From: an uncultured Mucilaginibacter sp.
GTDB lineage: Bacteria; Bacteroidota; Bacteroidia; Sphingobacteriales; Sphingobacteriaceae
Direction of reading: 5' to 3'
NCBI GenBank assembly: GCA_963422535.1
Contig: OY730227.1
Span: 2,655,582 to 2,719,581 of the forward strand
DNA length: 64,000 nt
Of the stretch, positions 1-7,902 are shown in pieces. The notes beneath the pieces were generated by a model, which saw nothing but the letters and a program-made list of their open reading frames with translations, had not been told where the DNA came from and did not search any database. The stretch's first letter is position 1. The number at the start of each line of letters is the position of its first letter. Made by a program: the position numbers and the translations under genes.

Positions 1-984
1 AGCAAGGGCAGTTGTTTTATAGGGGGCAATGTATCGCATGGTTCGGGTGGTCCACGAGTGGTAAAATATGGTACTATTCGAGAGTATATATTGAATTTGG
101 AAGTAGTGTTGCCCAATGGCGAAGTAATTTGGACGGGGGCTAATACCCTCAAATACGCATCGGGCTATAACCTTACCCAACTGATGATAGGCTCGGAAGG
201 TACGTTAGGCATCATTACCAAAATTGTAACCAAACTGATACCCAAGCCTACGCACGATGCCTTGCTGCTGGCATCGTTTACAAGCAACGAACAAGCTTCT
301 GCTGCTGTGTCGGCTATATTTAGAGCGGGCATAGTGCCATCGGCATTAGAGTTTATGGAGCGGAAAGCATTAGAATGGGTAATAAAATTTGATGGTATCA
401 ATTTTGATTTGAAAGCGGATATCGAAGCATTTTTATTGATAGAAGTAGATGGTACTAATACCGATGTGATATTTGCCGATTGTGAGAAAATAAACCATGT
501 GTTAGAACAGTTTGGCTGTAAGGATGTGCTATTTGCTGATACCGCCGCACAAAAAGACGAATTATGGCGATTACGACGCACCATGGCAGTATCGGTAAAA
601 TCGAACTCGGTGTATAAAGAAGAAGATACCGTAGTGCCTCGTGCCAAACTACCTCAACTGATAAAAGGAATAAAAGAGATAGGCGCAATGTATGGCTTCG
701 AGTCTATTTGCTATGGGCACGCAGGCGACGGCAATGTGCACGTGAATATTATAAAAGGCAATATGAGCGATGATGATTGGAATAATAAACTGAAAGAGGG
801 CATCAGCAAAATATTTGAACTAACGGTAGCCTTAGGCGGCACGCTATCAGGCGAGCATGGCATAGGTTTGGTGCAAAAAGAGTTTATGCCTATAAAATAC
901 ACAAATATCCATTTCGAGCTATGGCGAGGTATAAAACGCACTTTTGATGCCAATGGCATACTCAACCCAGGGAAGATGTTTTAG
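1..984 (+). CDS. FAD-linked oxidase, GlcD/D-lactate dehydrogenase family (5'-truncated by the window edge)
   Basis: Frame is open from base 1 (SKGSCFIGGNVSHGSGGPRVVKYG). Motifs GSEGTLGIIT, GHAGDGNVH and SGEHGIG, and the C-terminal FDANGILNPGK, match the FAD-oxidase_C family. Confidence 0.9.
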   Translation, partial: SKGSCFIGGNVSHGSGGPRVVKYGTIREYILNLEVVLPNGEVIWTGANTLKYASGYNLTQLMIGSEGTLGIITKIVTKLIPKPTHDALLLASFTSNEQASAAVSAIFRAGIVPSALEFMERKALEWVIKFDGINFDLKADIEAFLLIEVDGTNTDVIFADCEKINHVLEQFGCKDVLFADTAAQKDELWRLRRTMAVSVKSNSVYKEEDTVVPRAKLPQLIKGIKEIGAMYGFESICYGHAGDGNVHVNIIKGNMSDDDWNNKLKEGISKIFELTVALGGTLSGEHGIGLVQKEFMPIKYTNIHFELWRGIKRTFDANGILNPGKMF

Positions 985-1021
985 ATGTAGTGTGAGTGTT
1001 TTTTGGTACCTGTATTTTTTG

Positions 1022-1029
1022 TACTTTTG
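1022..1029 (+). promoter_or_regulatory. Bacteroidetes sigma -7 box (TACTTTTG) upstream of the 469-aa gene
   Basis: Matches the TAnnTTTG consensus, 36 nt before the ATG at 1066. Confidence 0.5.
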
Positions 1030-1065
1030 TAATACTTTAAATAACCTGATTTAAAGTAGATTACT

Positions 1066-2475
1066 ATGGATAAATTAATTGAATTACCTACAAAAGACCT
1101 TCTTGATAAATTTGGTTTAGGATCTCATAAACCCGGTTCAGGGAGTGCCGCAGCTTTGCAGGCATTGTTAGCAGTACAACTAATACGGACGGTTATAAAG
1201 TTGAGTAAAGAAAGGGATAATTATAGAAAATATCTATCTAATTTTAATAGAATTGAAGAGGACTTAGATAATCGAATTTATCCAGAATTACTGAATTTTT
1301 TTCAACTTGATTCTGAACAATTTGACAAGGTTATAAAATTGCGTAAGGAACGTTACGATGAGAAAAATGACATTAAGAAAAAGAAAATAATAGAAAATTT
1401 AGATGATGCTTTATTGCAGGCTACAAAGACACCAATAGCAATAGCAAAACTATCAGTAGATTTAGCAGAACATGCTTTATTTATATTTGATAATGGTTTT
1501 AAGTCTGCAAGAGGGGATTCAGGTGTTGCCCTAAATAATGCAATGTCCACAGTTTCAGGCTGTCTTTCAATTATTAATCTAAATTTATTAACATTAGGCG
1601 ATGATAAGCAGGTTGATGTGATTAGATTAGAATCAGTCCAGTTAAGGGATTCATTCCAAGAAATGATTATTAAGACCACCGAACGACTTGATGTGCTTGA
1701 AAAGGAAGTGCAGCGAAATCAAACATATAATGAAGATTTAAAGAGCCTTTTACTGGAAAATGGGGAACGTTCAGATTTGTCATATGATGAAATTGAAAAA
1801 CTTGTGCGTCGGGTACAAAATTTTCTATGGAGGTATTCTGATAAAATTTTTAAAAAAACGCCCCCCGAAAATATGATTGACCTGCTTAATCCTGAAATTG
1901 TTTTAACCAAAATTTTAGGCTATCAATTTAAAAAGTCAAGAAATTTAGGTAATCATGGTACAGAAGGTGGGACTTTTGAAATAGCAGGAATTATTGATAA
2001 ATCTCAAAAGCAGGTTACTATTTCTCAACATTTTCCTAAAGAGAGCCAAAATTTCACAGCAGCACATGAATTGGGGCACGTATTTTTACATCGACAAACT
2101 GTATTACATAGAGATAGAGCAATAGATGGGGCGAGTATGGGTATTTCTAGAGAGCCGATAGAACTTCAAGCAGATAAATTTGCCACGTTTTTTTTACTTC
2201 CCAAAAAAAGAGTCAAACTTATTTTCAGGGATTTATTTCTATCTGATAAATTTATTATAAATGAAGATACAGTATTTGCATTGACAGGCGATAGAGTAAG
2301 TACGTTTAGAAGGAAATATAGAAATTTACGAGAATTATCTAGATTTATTGCAGGTGCTGGGTCTTATGATGGAAATCAATTTAATTCCATGTCGAAAATA
2401 TTTAATGTATCTGTAGAAACAATGGCTATTCGTTTGGAAGAGCTTGAATTAGTAGAGTTTCCTTCAATCGAGTAA
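1066..2475 (+). CDS. Cyclodeaminase/cyclohydrolase (FTCD_C-like) domain fused to an ImmA/IrrE (Peptidase_M78) zinc metalloprotease domain
   Basis: N-terminus: LLDKFG..KPGSGSAAAL (P23), LDSEQF and ARGDSGVA, resembling FTCD_C/FchA. C-terminus: FTAAHELGH (H334-E335-H338), IELQADKFATFFLLP (E366) and FNVSVETMAIRLEELEL, typical of IrrE. Confidence 0.8.
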   Translation: MDKLIELPTKDLLDKFGLGSHKPGSGSAAALQALLAVQLIRTVIKLSKERDNYRKYLSNFNRIEEDLDNRIYPELLNFFQLDSEQFDKVIKLRKERYDEKNDIKKKKIIENLDDALLQATKTPIAIAKLSVDLAEHALFIFDNGFKSARGDSGVALNNAMSTVSGCLSIINLNLLTLGDDKQVDVIRLESVQLRDSFQEMIIKTTERLDVLEKEVQRNQTYNEDLKSLLLENGERSDLSYDEIEKLVRRVQNFLWRYSDKIFKKTPPENMIDLLNPEIVLTKILGYQFKKSRNLGNHGTEGGTFEIAGIIDKSQKQVTISQHFPKESQNFTAAHELGHVFLHRQTVLHRDRAIDGASMGISREPIELQADKFATFFLLPKKRVKLIFRDLFLSDKFIINEDTVFALTGDRVSTFRRKYRNLRELSRFIAGAGSYDGNQFNSMSKIFNVSVETMAIRLEELELVEFPSIE

Positions 2476-2554
2476 TAAATTCTCAGTATAAAAGAAAATA
2501 TGGTGTTGTATAGCTTGCTAAGCAAAATAATCTATCAAACATTTCATCTCCACC

Positions 2555-2597
2555 CTACCGCATCATCCCTTTATTGGCTGCATGATAATGTTTTTTT
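2555..2597 (-). repeat. Degenerate direct-repeat copy of the last ~14 codons of cutC (att-like, distal copy)
   Basis: ctaccgcatcatccctttattggctgcatg-ataatgtttttt aligns with ttaccgcatcatcccctcattggctgcgcggataatatttttt (7903-7946). By-eye count is about 36 of 42 identical positions, with one 1-nt gap. Confidence 0.8.
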
Positions 2598-2606
2598 AAT
2601 TTTTAA

Positions 2607-2641
2607 AGGCGGTGATTTAAAACCAATCTCATCAACCGCCT
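2607..2641. terminator. Hairpin downstream of the 142-aa gene (possible terminator)
   Basis: aggcggtgat ... atcaaccgcct stem with one bulge; U-tract is weak. Confidence 0.4.
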
Positions 2642-2649
2642 CGCAAAAC

Positions 2650-3078
2650 CTATAATTCAAAATATTGGTTAAACTTATTTAAATGCACTTTGATGCCATC
2701 TAATGATTGTGCTGCTTTGCCCAACTTTGTAGTATGTGCAAACTTTGTTACCTGCCCCATAAACGGTTCGAGCCATTTATGCAAAGCTTGGTGATCAGCT
2801 CCCTTCATTTTGCATTCTTTTATCATTTTATTTAAGCCCGCTTGCAAATCGCTGGCTGTTTTATGGTAGGCGTTTAAAGATTTGTCTTTGCCAGTGTTAA
2901 ACGCTTGCACAATTTCCTGTAAGTGTTTAACATTGTTATTGGTACTGTTGTCAACCTTCCATTTCGCCCCTTTGTTTAGGGTCAACATTTCTGATGATGT
3001 TTGATAAGCAAACGCGCTTGCGTTATTTACAAGTAGTACACAGGCTATTAAATGGAGTGTTATAAGTAGTTTTTTCAT
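2650..3078 (-). CDS. Secreted/periplasmic hypothetical protein of the type found in Bacteroidetes heavy-metal clusters
   Basis: Signal peptide (NNASA), LTLNKGAKWKV motif and IKECKMKGADHQALHKWL. Confidence 0.7.
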   Translation of the reverse strand: MKKLLITLHLIACVLLVNNASAFAYQTSSEMLTLNKGAKWKVDNSTNNNVKHLQEIVQAFNTGKDKSLNAYHKTASDLQAGLNKMIKECKMKGADHQALHKWLEPFMGQVTKFAHTTKLGKAAQSLDGIKVHLNKFNQYFEL

Positions 3079-3308
3079 TACGACTGATTTAGTATTTGTT
3101 TAAAGAGGCAAAATAGCTACTTTTTTATTATCCCTCTCAATTGCGGTTTTTTATGACGATTTTATGAAATAAAAAAACAAGACGAAATGTCACTTTCGAG
3201 GCAATTTTATTTTTTGTTATACTACATGTATTTTTACACACATTATTTTTATTAGTGTATGATTATATAAATTTATCCAACTCAACGTTTTATTAGCATT
3301 CATGTAGC

Positions 3309-3341
3309 GAATTTTATAACTTTTGAGCACAATTGTATAAA
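3309..3341 (+). promoter_or_regulatory. Tandem direct repeat with 21-bp period (candidate AraC-family operator)
   Basis: AATTTTATAAC (3310-3320) and AATTGTATAAA (3331-3341) lie just upstream of the -7 box at 3362. Confidence 0.4.
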
Positions 3342-3361
3342 TAGAGTCCTTAATTATTGTA

Positions 3362-3369
3362 TATCTTTG
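3362..3369 (+). promoter_or_regulatory. Bacteroidetes -7 promoter box TATCTTTG for the copper operon
   Basis: Exact TAnnTTTG match, 7 nt before the ATG at 3377. Confidence 0.55.
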
Positions 3370-3376
3370 TAATTAC

Positions 3377-3763
3377 ATGAAGAAGGTAGCAATCTTTAGC
3401 ATAATGATATTTTATCTGTTTCTTTCAACAGATGTATATGCGTGCTTTATGCATTGTTCAGCAAAATATCTTATTGCGAGTACGCATAAACTTAGTTCCC
3501 GTTATCAAAAAAAACATTGTACAAAAAGCAAGGCGTGTGATTGCTGCAAAAACCATGGTAGTTTTTCAATCAAAGAAAACATTAAGCCAGGTTTTGTTTT
3601 TCAATTTTCAAAAATTGTATTCATTAATACCAAGACATTATTGTCAGGATTTCTTTTAGATGTCCCAACAATAAACAATGAGATTTATTGGGCCGAAAAT
3701 CATAGCCCGCCTAGTAAATCAGGCAGAATGTTATTAACAGAAATCTGCTCCCTTCAAATTTGA
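3377..3763 (+). CDS. HYC_CC_PP-like Cys/His-rich protein
   Basis: Hydrophobic N-terminus, MHC, CDCCK and NHSPP motifs in the order typical of the family; first gene of the metal operon. Confidence 0.65.
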   Translation: MKKVAIFSIMIFYLFLSTDVYACFMHCSAKYLIASTHKLSSRYQKKHCTKSKACDCCKNHGSFSIKENIKPGFVFQFSKIVFINTKTLLSGFLLDVPTINNEIYWAENHSPPSKSGRMLLTEICSLQI

Positions 3764-3833
3764 TTTTTAAGCTGTAATAGTATCTTTTGCTGATTTAGAT
3801 ATTTATATCTTTTCGTTTAACAGCTTAATTAAA

Positions 3834-4403
3834 ATGCCACTATACATAAAAAATATGGTTTGCGACCGTTGCAAAATGGTAGTAAAGCAACAGTTGGAAT
3901 ATTTAGGTTTTCAAGTGTCCGAAATTGGTTTGGGTATTGCCACAGTAGTTTCGCAACCCGATAGTAATCAATTGCTTGAAATATCATCTTCGTTGAAATT
4001 ATACGGCTTCGAACTCGTCGACAATGAAAAAGATCGGATAGTTCAACGTATTAAAGATTTGATTGTTGAAATAGTACATCATTCCGATTTAATGGATGGA
4101 GGTATTAATATTTCGGAATATCTTTCACAAAACTTGAATAAGCGTTATACTTATTTAAGTAAACTGTTTTCCGGTGTCGAGGGTTTTACGGTGGAAAAAT
4201 TCATTATTCAGCAAAAAATAGAAAAAGTAAAAGAATTGCTTGAATATGGTGAGCTTAGTCTTAATGAGATAGCTTGGAAAATGGGCTATAGCAGTAGTGC
4301 TCACTTAGCAACGCAATTCAAAAATATAACTGGAGTAACAACCAGTCAGTTTAAGTTATCAGAACAAGGTGGAAGAGTACCACTTGACAAAATTAAATCA
4401 TAA
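3834..4403 (+). CDS. AraC-family regulator with an N-terminal HMA-like metal-binding domain
   Basis: N-terminal IKNMVCDRC (CxxC); C-terminal AraC HTH (LNEIAWKMGYSSSAHLATQFKNITG). Confidence 0.9.
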   Translation: MPLYIKNMVCDRCKMVVKQQLEYLGFQVSEIGLGIATVVSQPDSNQLLEISSSLKLYGFELVDNEKDRIVQRIKDLIVEIVHHSDLMDGGINISEYLSQNLNKRYTYLSKLFSGVEGFTVEKFIIQQKIEKVKELLEYGELSLNEIAWKMGYSSSAHLATQFKNITGVTTSQFKLSEQGGRVPLDKIKS

Positions 4404-4414
4404 TAAATAACATC

Positions 4415-4915
4415 ATGAAAAAAATATTTTTATTGGTTGCAATAATTGCAACTGTAGTTGTAAAATCAACTTTTGCTTTGAGTATCTCTGTATCATCGCT
4501 TTCATCATTACTTTCGTCATACTACGATATAAAAAATGCGTTAATCAATTCGGACGTTAATACAGCAGCTTCAAAGGCAGGCTATTTTGTGAAAGAAATA
4601 AATAGCATTGATGTGAAGTCATTATCCGAATCGGATACGAAAGTTTTTATGGAGTTTCAAGAGAAATTGATTTTTGATGCGCGACATATTTCTGAAAACA
4701 AGGACATAGCCCATCAACGGGAGCATTTTGCCAATTTTTCAGCCAATTTTTACAAACTTGCAAAAGCTATTAAACTAACCAATCAGGCTATTTATTACGA
4801 CTATTGCCCGATGCAAAAAGGCTATTGGTTATCTGCTGATGCAGTAATTAAGAACCCTTATTTTGGGAAACAAATGTTAACCTGTGGTAAGATTACTGAA
4901 ACGCTGAACAAATAA
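4415..4915 (+). CDS. DUF3347-domain periplasmic metal-binding protein
   Basis: Signal peptide; CPMQKGYWLS...IKNPYFGKQMLTCG. Confidence 0.85.
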   Translation: MKKIFLLVAIIATVVVKSTFALSISVSSLSSLLSSYYDIKNALINSDVNTAASKAGYFVKEINSIDVKSLSESDTKVFMEFQEKLIFDARHISENKDIAHQREHFANFSANFYKLAKAIKLTNQAIYYDYCPMQKGYWLSADAVIKNPYFGKQMLTCGKITETLNK

Positions 4916-4929
4916 TAAAGAAATTACAA

Positions 4930-4955
4930 CAACGTGAGTTTTAGTGCTCACGTTG
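4930..4955. other. Intergenic hairpin (9-bp stem; possible mRNA stability or termination element)
   Basis: CAACGTGAG-N8-CTCACGTTG. Confidence 0.5.
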
Positions 4956-4979
4956 CTAAATTGTATTAAAATAAACATC

Positions 4980-5218
4980 ATGAGAAATATAATTATTATT
5001 GCAGTAATTGCAATAGCTATACTAAGCTGTAACAACAGCATAAATTAGAAACTATTAGCAATGCTTTTACCGAAGGAACTATGCCATTTTCTTCTTATTT
5101 GCTAATACGCCCTAATACAGCTCTTTCGCCAAACGAAAAAGCAATAATAAACAATTGGATTAAAGAGATAAAAAGCAATCTACGAGATGCTTTATCAGCA
5201 AAAGTCTATTTATATTAA
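4980..5218 (+). pseudogene. Chimeric remnant: 5' end of a lipoprotein gene joined out of frame to the 3' end of a Haem_bd (cytochrome c-like haem-binding domain) gene
   Basis: 4980-5048 reads MRNIIIIAVIAIAILSCNNSIN* (lipobox ILSC). In another frame from 5042: KLETISNAFTEGTMPFSSYLLIRPNTALSPNEKAIINNWIKEIK, matching the Haem_bd C-terminal MPxxSY...LS..W pattern. Confidence 0.65.
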
Positions 5219-5228
5219 CATTATTGAA

Positions 5229-7628
5229 ATGAAAAAGATAACAATAATTACTTGCTTTTTACTTTTAGAGGCTACAACATTTGCTCAAATGCAAATGACT
5301 ATGCCAATGAAAAAAGTAAAATCGAAAACAAATACAACAACAAAACAAGCCGAAAAAAAAGAAGATGTAATGCCTGAAAAGGCAAATATAACTACTACGA
5401 CTAATTCAACCAATCAAAAGCTAGTCTCATTAACACCTGCTACAAAAAGCGGAAAAATCATCAGGTATGATTTGTATGTTAAAGATACCACTGTAAACTT
5501 TACTGGAAAATCAAAACCTGCAATTGCGGTAAATGGCTCTATTCCTATGCCTACACTTTATTTTACAGAAGGGGATACAGCAGAAATTTATGTGCATAAT
5601 ACGCTTAAAGAAAGAACAATAATTCATTGGCATGGGCTTATTTTGCCTAATCAATACGATGGTGTTCCATTTTTAACTACTCAGCCTATAGAGCGGGGTA
5701 AAACGCACCTTTTTAAATTTCCAATTGTTCAAAATGGTACATATTGGTATCACTCACATCAAGAGTTGCAAGAGCAATCAGGGATGTACGGTTCTTTAAT
5801 ATTTCATAAACGCAATGAGTCCGAGATGAAAGAATTTCCGATGATATTAAGCGATTGGACAGATACGAATCCGAAAGAGGTTAATAGAAGTCTTCATAAT
5901 CAAACAGATTGGTTTAGTATTCAAAAAGGTACAACACAAAGTTATGCCGAAGCCATTAGGTCAGGTAATTTCAAAACGAAACTAGCTAATGAATGGAAGC
6001 GAATGACAGCAATGGATGTGAGCGATGTGGCTTATGATAGATTTTTGATTAATGGAAAAACCAATAATGAGCAACCTCAATTTAAAGCTGGTGATAAAGT
6101 AAAACTAAGGATAGCTAATGGAGGTTCATCAACCTATTTTTGGCTTACTTGGGCTGGCGGTAAAATGACAGTTATTGCAAACGATGGAGAGGATGTTGAG
6201 CCAATTGAGGTTGATCGCTTGATTGTGGCTGTTGCCGAAACTTATGATATAATTGTTACAATTCCTAAAGATGGTAGATATGAGTTGTTGGCTACACCAG
6301 AAGACAGAACAAGTTCGGCTTCGTTGTGGTTAGGCGCAGGCACTAAAATAAGCGCACCTCATTTACCTAAGCTAAAATATTTTGCTGGAATGAAGATGAT
6401 GAATGATATGATGAAGATGAATGGCGATATGAAAGAAATGGATAGTATGCAGATGGCAAATCAAGTAATGGATATGAATACAGTAATGTATCCCGAAATT
6501 TCTGGGTCAGAAAGTGCAGATGTCAAAATGAGTGATACTACGCACAATACGATGAAAGATAATATGAGTGGGATGGACATGGGAAGTATGACGCCAGATA
6601 TAGTTACGCTCAATTATGGGATGTTAAAAGCTGTTAAAAAAACCACACTACCCAACGCGCCTACAAAGAACTTATATTTTGAGCTTACTGGTAACATGAA
6701 TAGGTATGTATGGACAATTAATAATAAAACTGTTTCAGAAGCAGATAAGATATTGATTCGGAAAGGCGAAAATGTGCGCATTGTGTTATACAACAACACA
6801 ATGATGCGTCACCCGATGCATTTGCATGGGCATTTCTTTCGGGTATTAAACGGGCAAGGCGAGTATTCGCCATTAAAAAACACATTGGATATAATGCCTA
6901 TGGAACGTGATACCATAGAGTTTGCTGCTACCGAAAGCGGTGATTGGTTTTTCCATTGCCATATTTTATATCATATGATGAGCGGGATGGGGCGCGTTTT
7001 TCAATACGAGAATTCGCCAATTAACCCCGAAATACTCGACCAAGTAAAGGCATTTAAAATGGTTAAACGCGAAGATCGTATGCTGCATTTTATGGCAAAA
7101 GTAGGTTTAGAAAGTAATGGCACCGATGGAGAGTTCATGCTAGCTAATACTCGCTGGAAAGTTTCTTCATTATGGCATCTTGGCTTAAGTAGTAAAGAAG
7201 GATATGAAAGTGAAACGATGATAGGTCGATATATTGGCAAAATGCAGTGGCTATATCCTTATATTGGTTTCGACTATCATTTTAAAACAAAGAATCTTAA
7301 CGAAAAAAATATTTTTGGTAGTGATTATAAAACACTGTTTGGACAAATCAGCAATAAAGAGAGTAGGCGAACGGTAGTAGCTGGTTTAGCCTATACATTG
7401 CCATTGTTGTTTGTAGCCGATACACGTATTGATGGTGATGGCAAAGTGCGAGTTCAATTGGGGCGAGAAGATATTCCTGTATCAAAACGTCTTCGATTTA
7501 ACCTAATGGTGAATACGGATAAAGAATATGCAGCTGGTTTTCGTTATATAATAACAAAATACTTTTCCTTATCAACACATTATGATAGCGATATGGGATT
7601 GGGCGGGGGATTAACAATAGTTTATTAA
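5229..7628 (+). CDS. Multicopper oxidase (CopA/PcoA family) with a Met-rich insert and a C-terminal beta-barrel-like extension
   Basis: Cu ligands HWHG, WYHSH, HPMHLHGH and HCHILYHM; Met-rich segment. Likely start is 5229 (signal peptide MKKIT...TFA-Q); the ORF track starts at 5187. Confidence 0.93.
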   Translation: MKKITIITCFLLLEATTFAQMQMTMPMKKVKSKTNTTTKQAEKKEDVMPEKANITTTTNSTNQKLVSLTPATKSGKIIRYDLYVKDTTVNFTGKSKPAIAVNGSIPMPTLYFTEGDTAEIYVHNTLKERTIIHWHGLILPNQYDGVPFLTTQPIERGKTHLFKFPIVQNGTYWYHSHQELQEQSGMYGSLIFHKRNESEMKEFPMILSDWTDTNPKEVNRSLHNQTDWFSIQKGTTQSYAEAIRSGNFKTKLANEWKRMTAMDVSDVAYDRFLINGKTNNEQPQFKAGDKVKLRIANGGSSTYFWLTWAGGKMTVIANDGEDVEPIEVDRLIVAVAETYDIIVTIPKDGRYELLATPEDRTSSASLWLGAGTKISAPHLPKLKYFAGMKMMNDMMKMNGDMKEMDSMQMANQVMDMNTVMYPEISGSESADVKMSDTTHNTMKDNMSGMDMGSMTPDIVTLNYGMLKAVKKTTLPNAPTKNLYFELTGNMNRYVWTINNKTVSEADKILIRKGENVRIVLYNNTMMRHPMHLHGHFFRVLNGQGEYSPLKNTLDIMPMERDTIEFAATESGDWFFHCHILYHMMSGMGRVFQYENSPINPEILDQVKAFKMVKREDRMLHFMAKVGLESNGTDGEFMLANTRWKVSSLWHLGLSSKEGYESETMIGRYIGKMQWLYPYIGFDYHFKTKNLNEKNIFGSDYKTLFGQISNKESRRTVVAGLAYTLPLLFVADTRIDGDGKVRVQLGREDIPVSKRLRFNLMVNTDKEYAAGFRYIITKYFSLSTHYDSDMGLGGGLTIVY

Positions 7629-7821
7629 TCAGTAAGTATTATTGCAATTAATTTTTCCTATATGTAAGAGAGATTATATACTTATACTTTAATGTGGGAA
7701 TGCAGCGCTATCGATACGCCAACTGGACAAATAGAGCATGGATTTTAGAAATTCAGTTTATTGATAGAGTGAATAATATTGGTGGCTTTTTTGAGTAATT
7801 ATTGCCCACTAATGTTCACTA

Positions 7822-7874
7822 AATTGCTGTAACTTCCTAAAATAGATTGACTATTTTAGGAAGTTACAGCAATT
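7822..7874. terminator. Perfect 24-bp inverted repeat between the convergent MCO and cutC genes
   Basis: aattgctgtaacttcctaaaatag-attga-ctattttaggaagttacagcaatt. Confidence 0.65.
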
Positions 7875-7902
7875 ATGATTAAAAGTAGGGTTTATTTAAA
7901 GC

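Larger units (their letters stand above)
2598..7902. mobile_element. Putative relic copper-resistance genomic islet inserted at the cutC 3' end; no integrase retained
   Basis: Flanked by duplicated cutC 3' ends. Cargo is all metal-associated, and there is an internal deletion scar. Confidence 0.55.

Noticed and set aside
165-965. Minus-strand ORFs of 160, 77 and 84 aa
   Set aside because: They overlap the FAD oxidase on the opposite strand.
6391-6600. ATG-rich quasi-repeat DNA in the multicopper oxidase
   Set aside because: Explained by the Met-rich copper-binding insert; not a DNA repeat array or CRISPR.
7629-7820. Possible small ORFs after the MCO (MWECSAIDTPTGQIEHGF*)
   Set aside because: Too short, with no recognisable homology or supporting signals.
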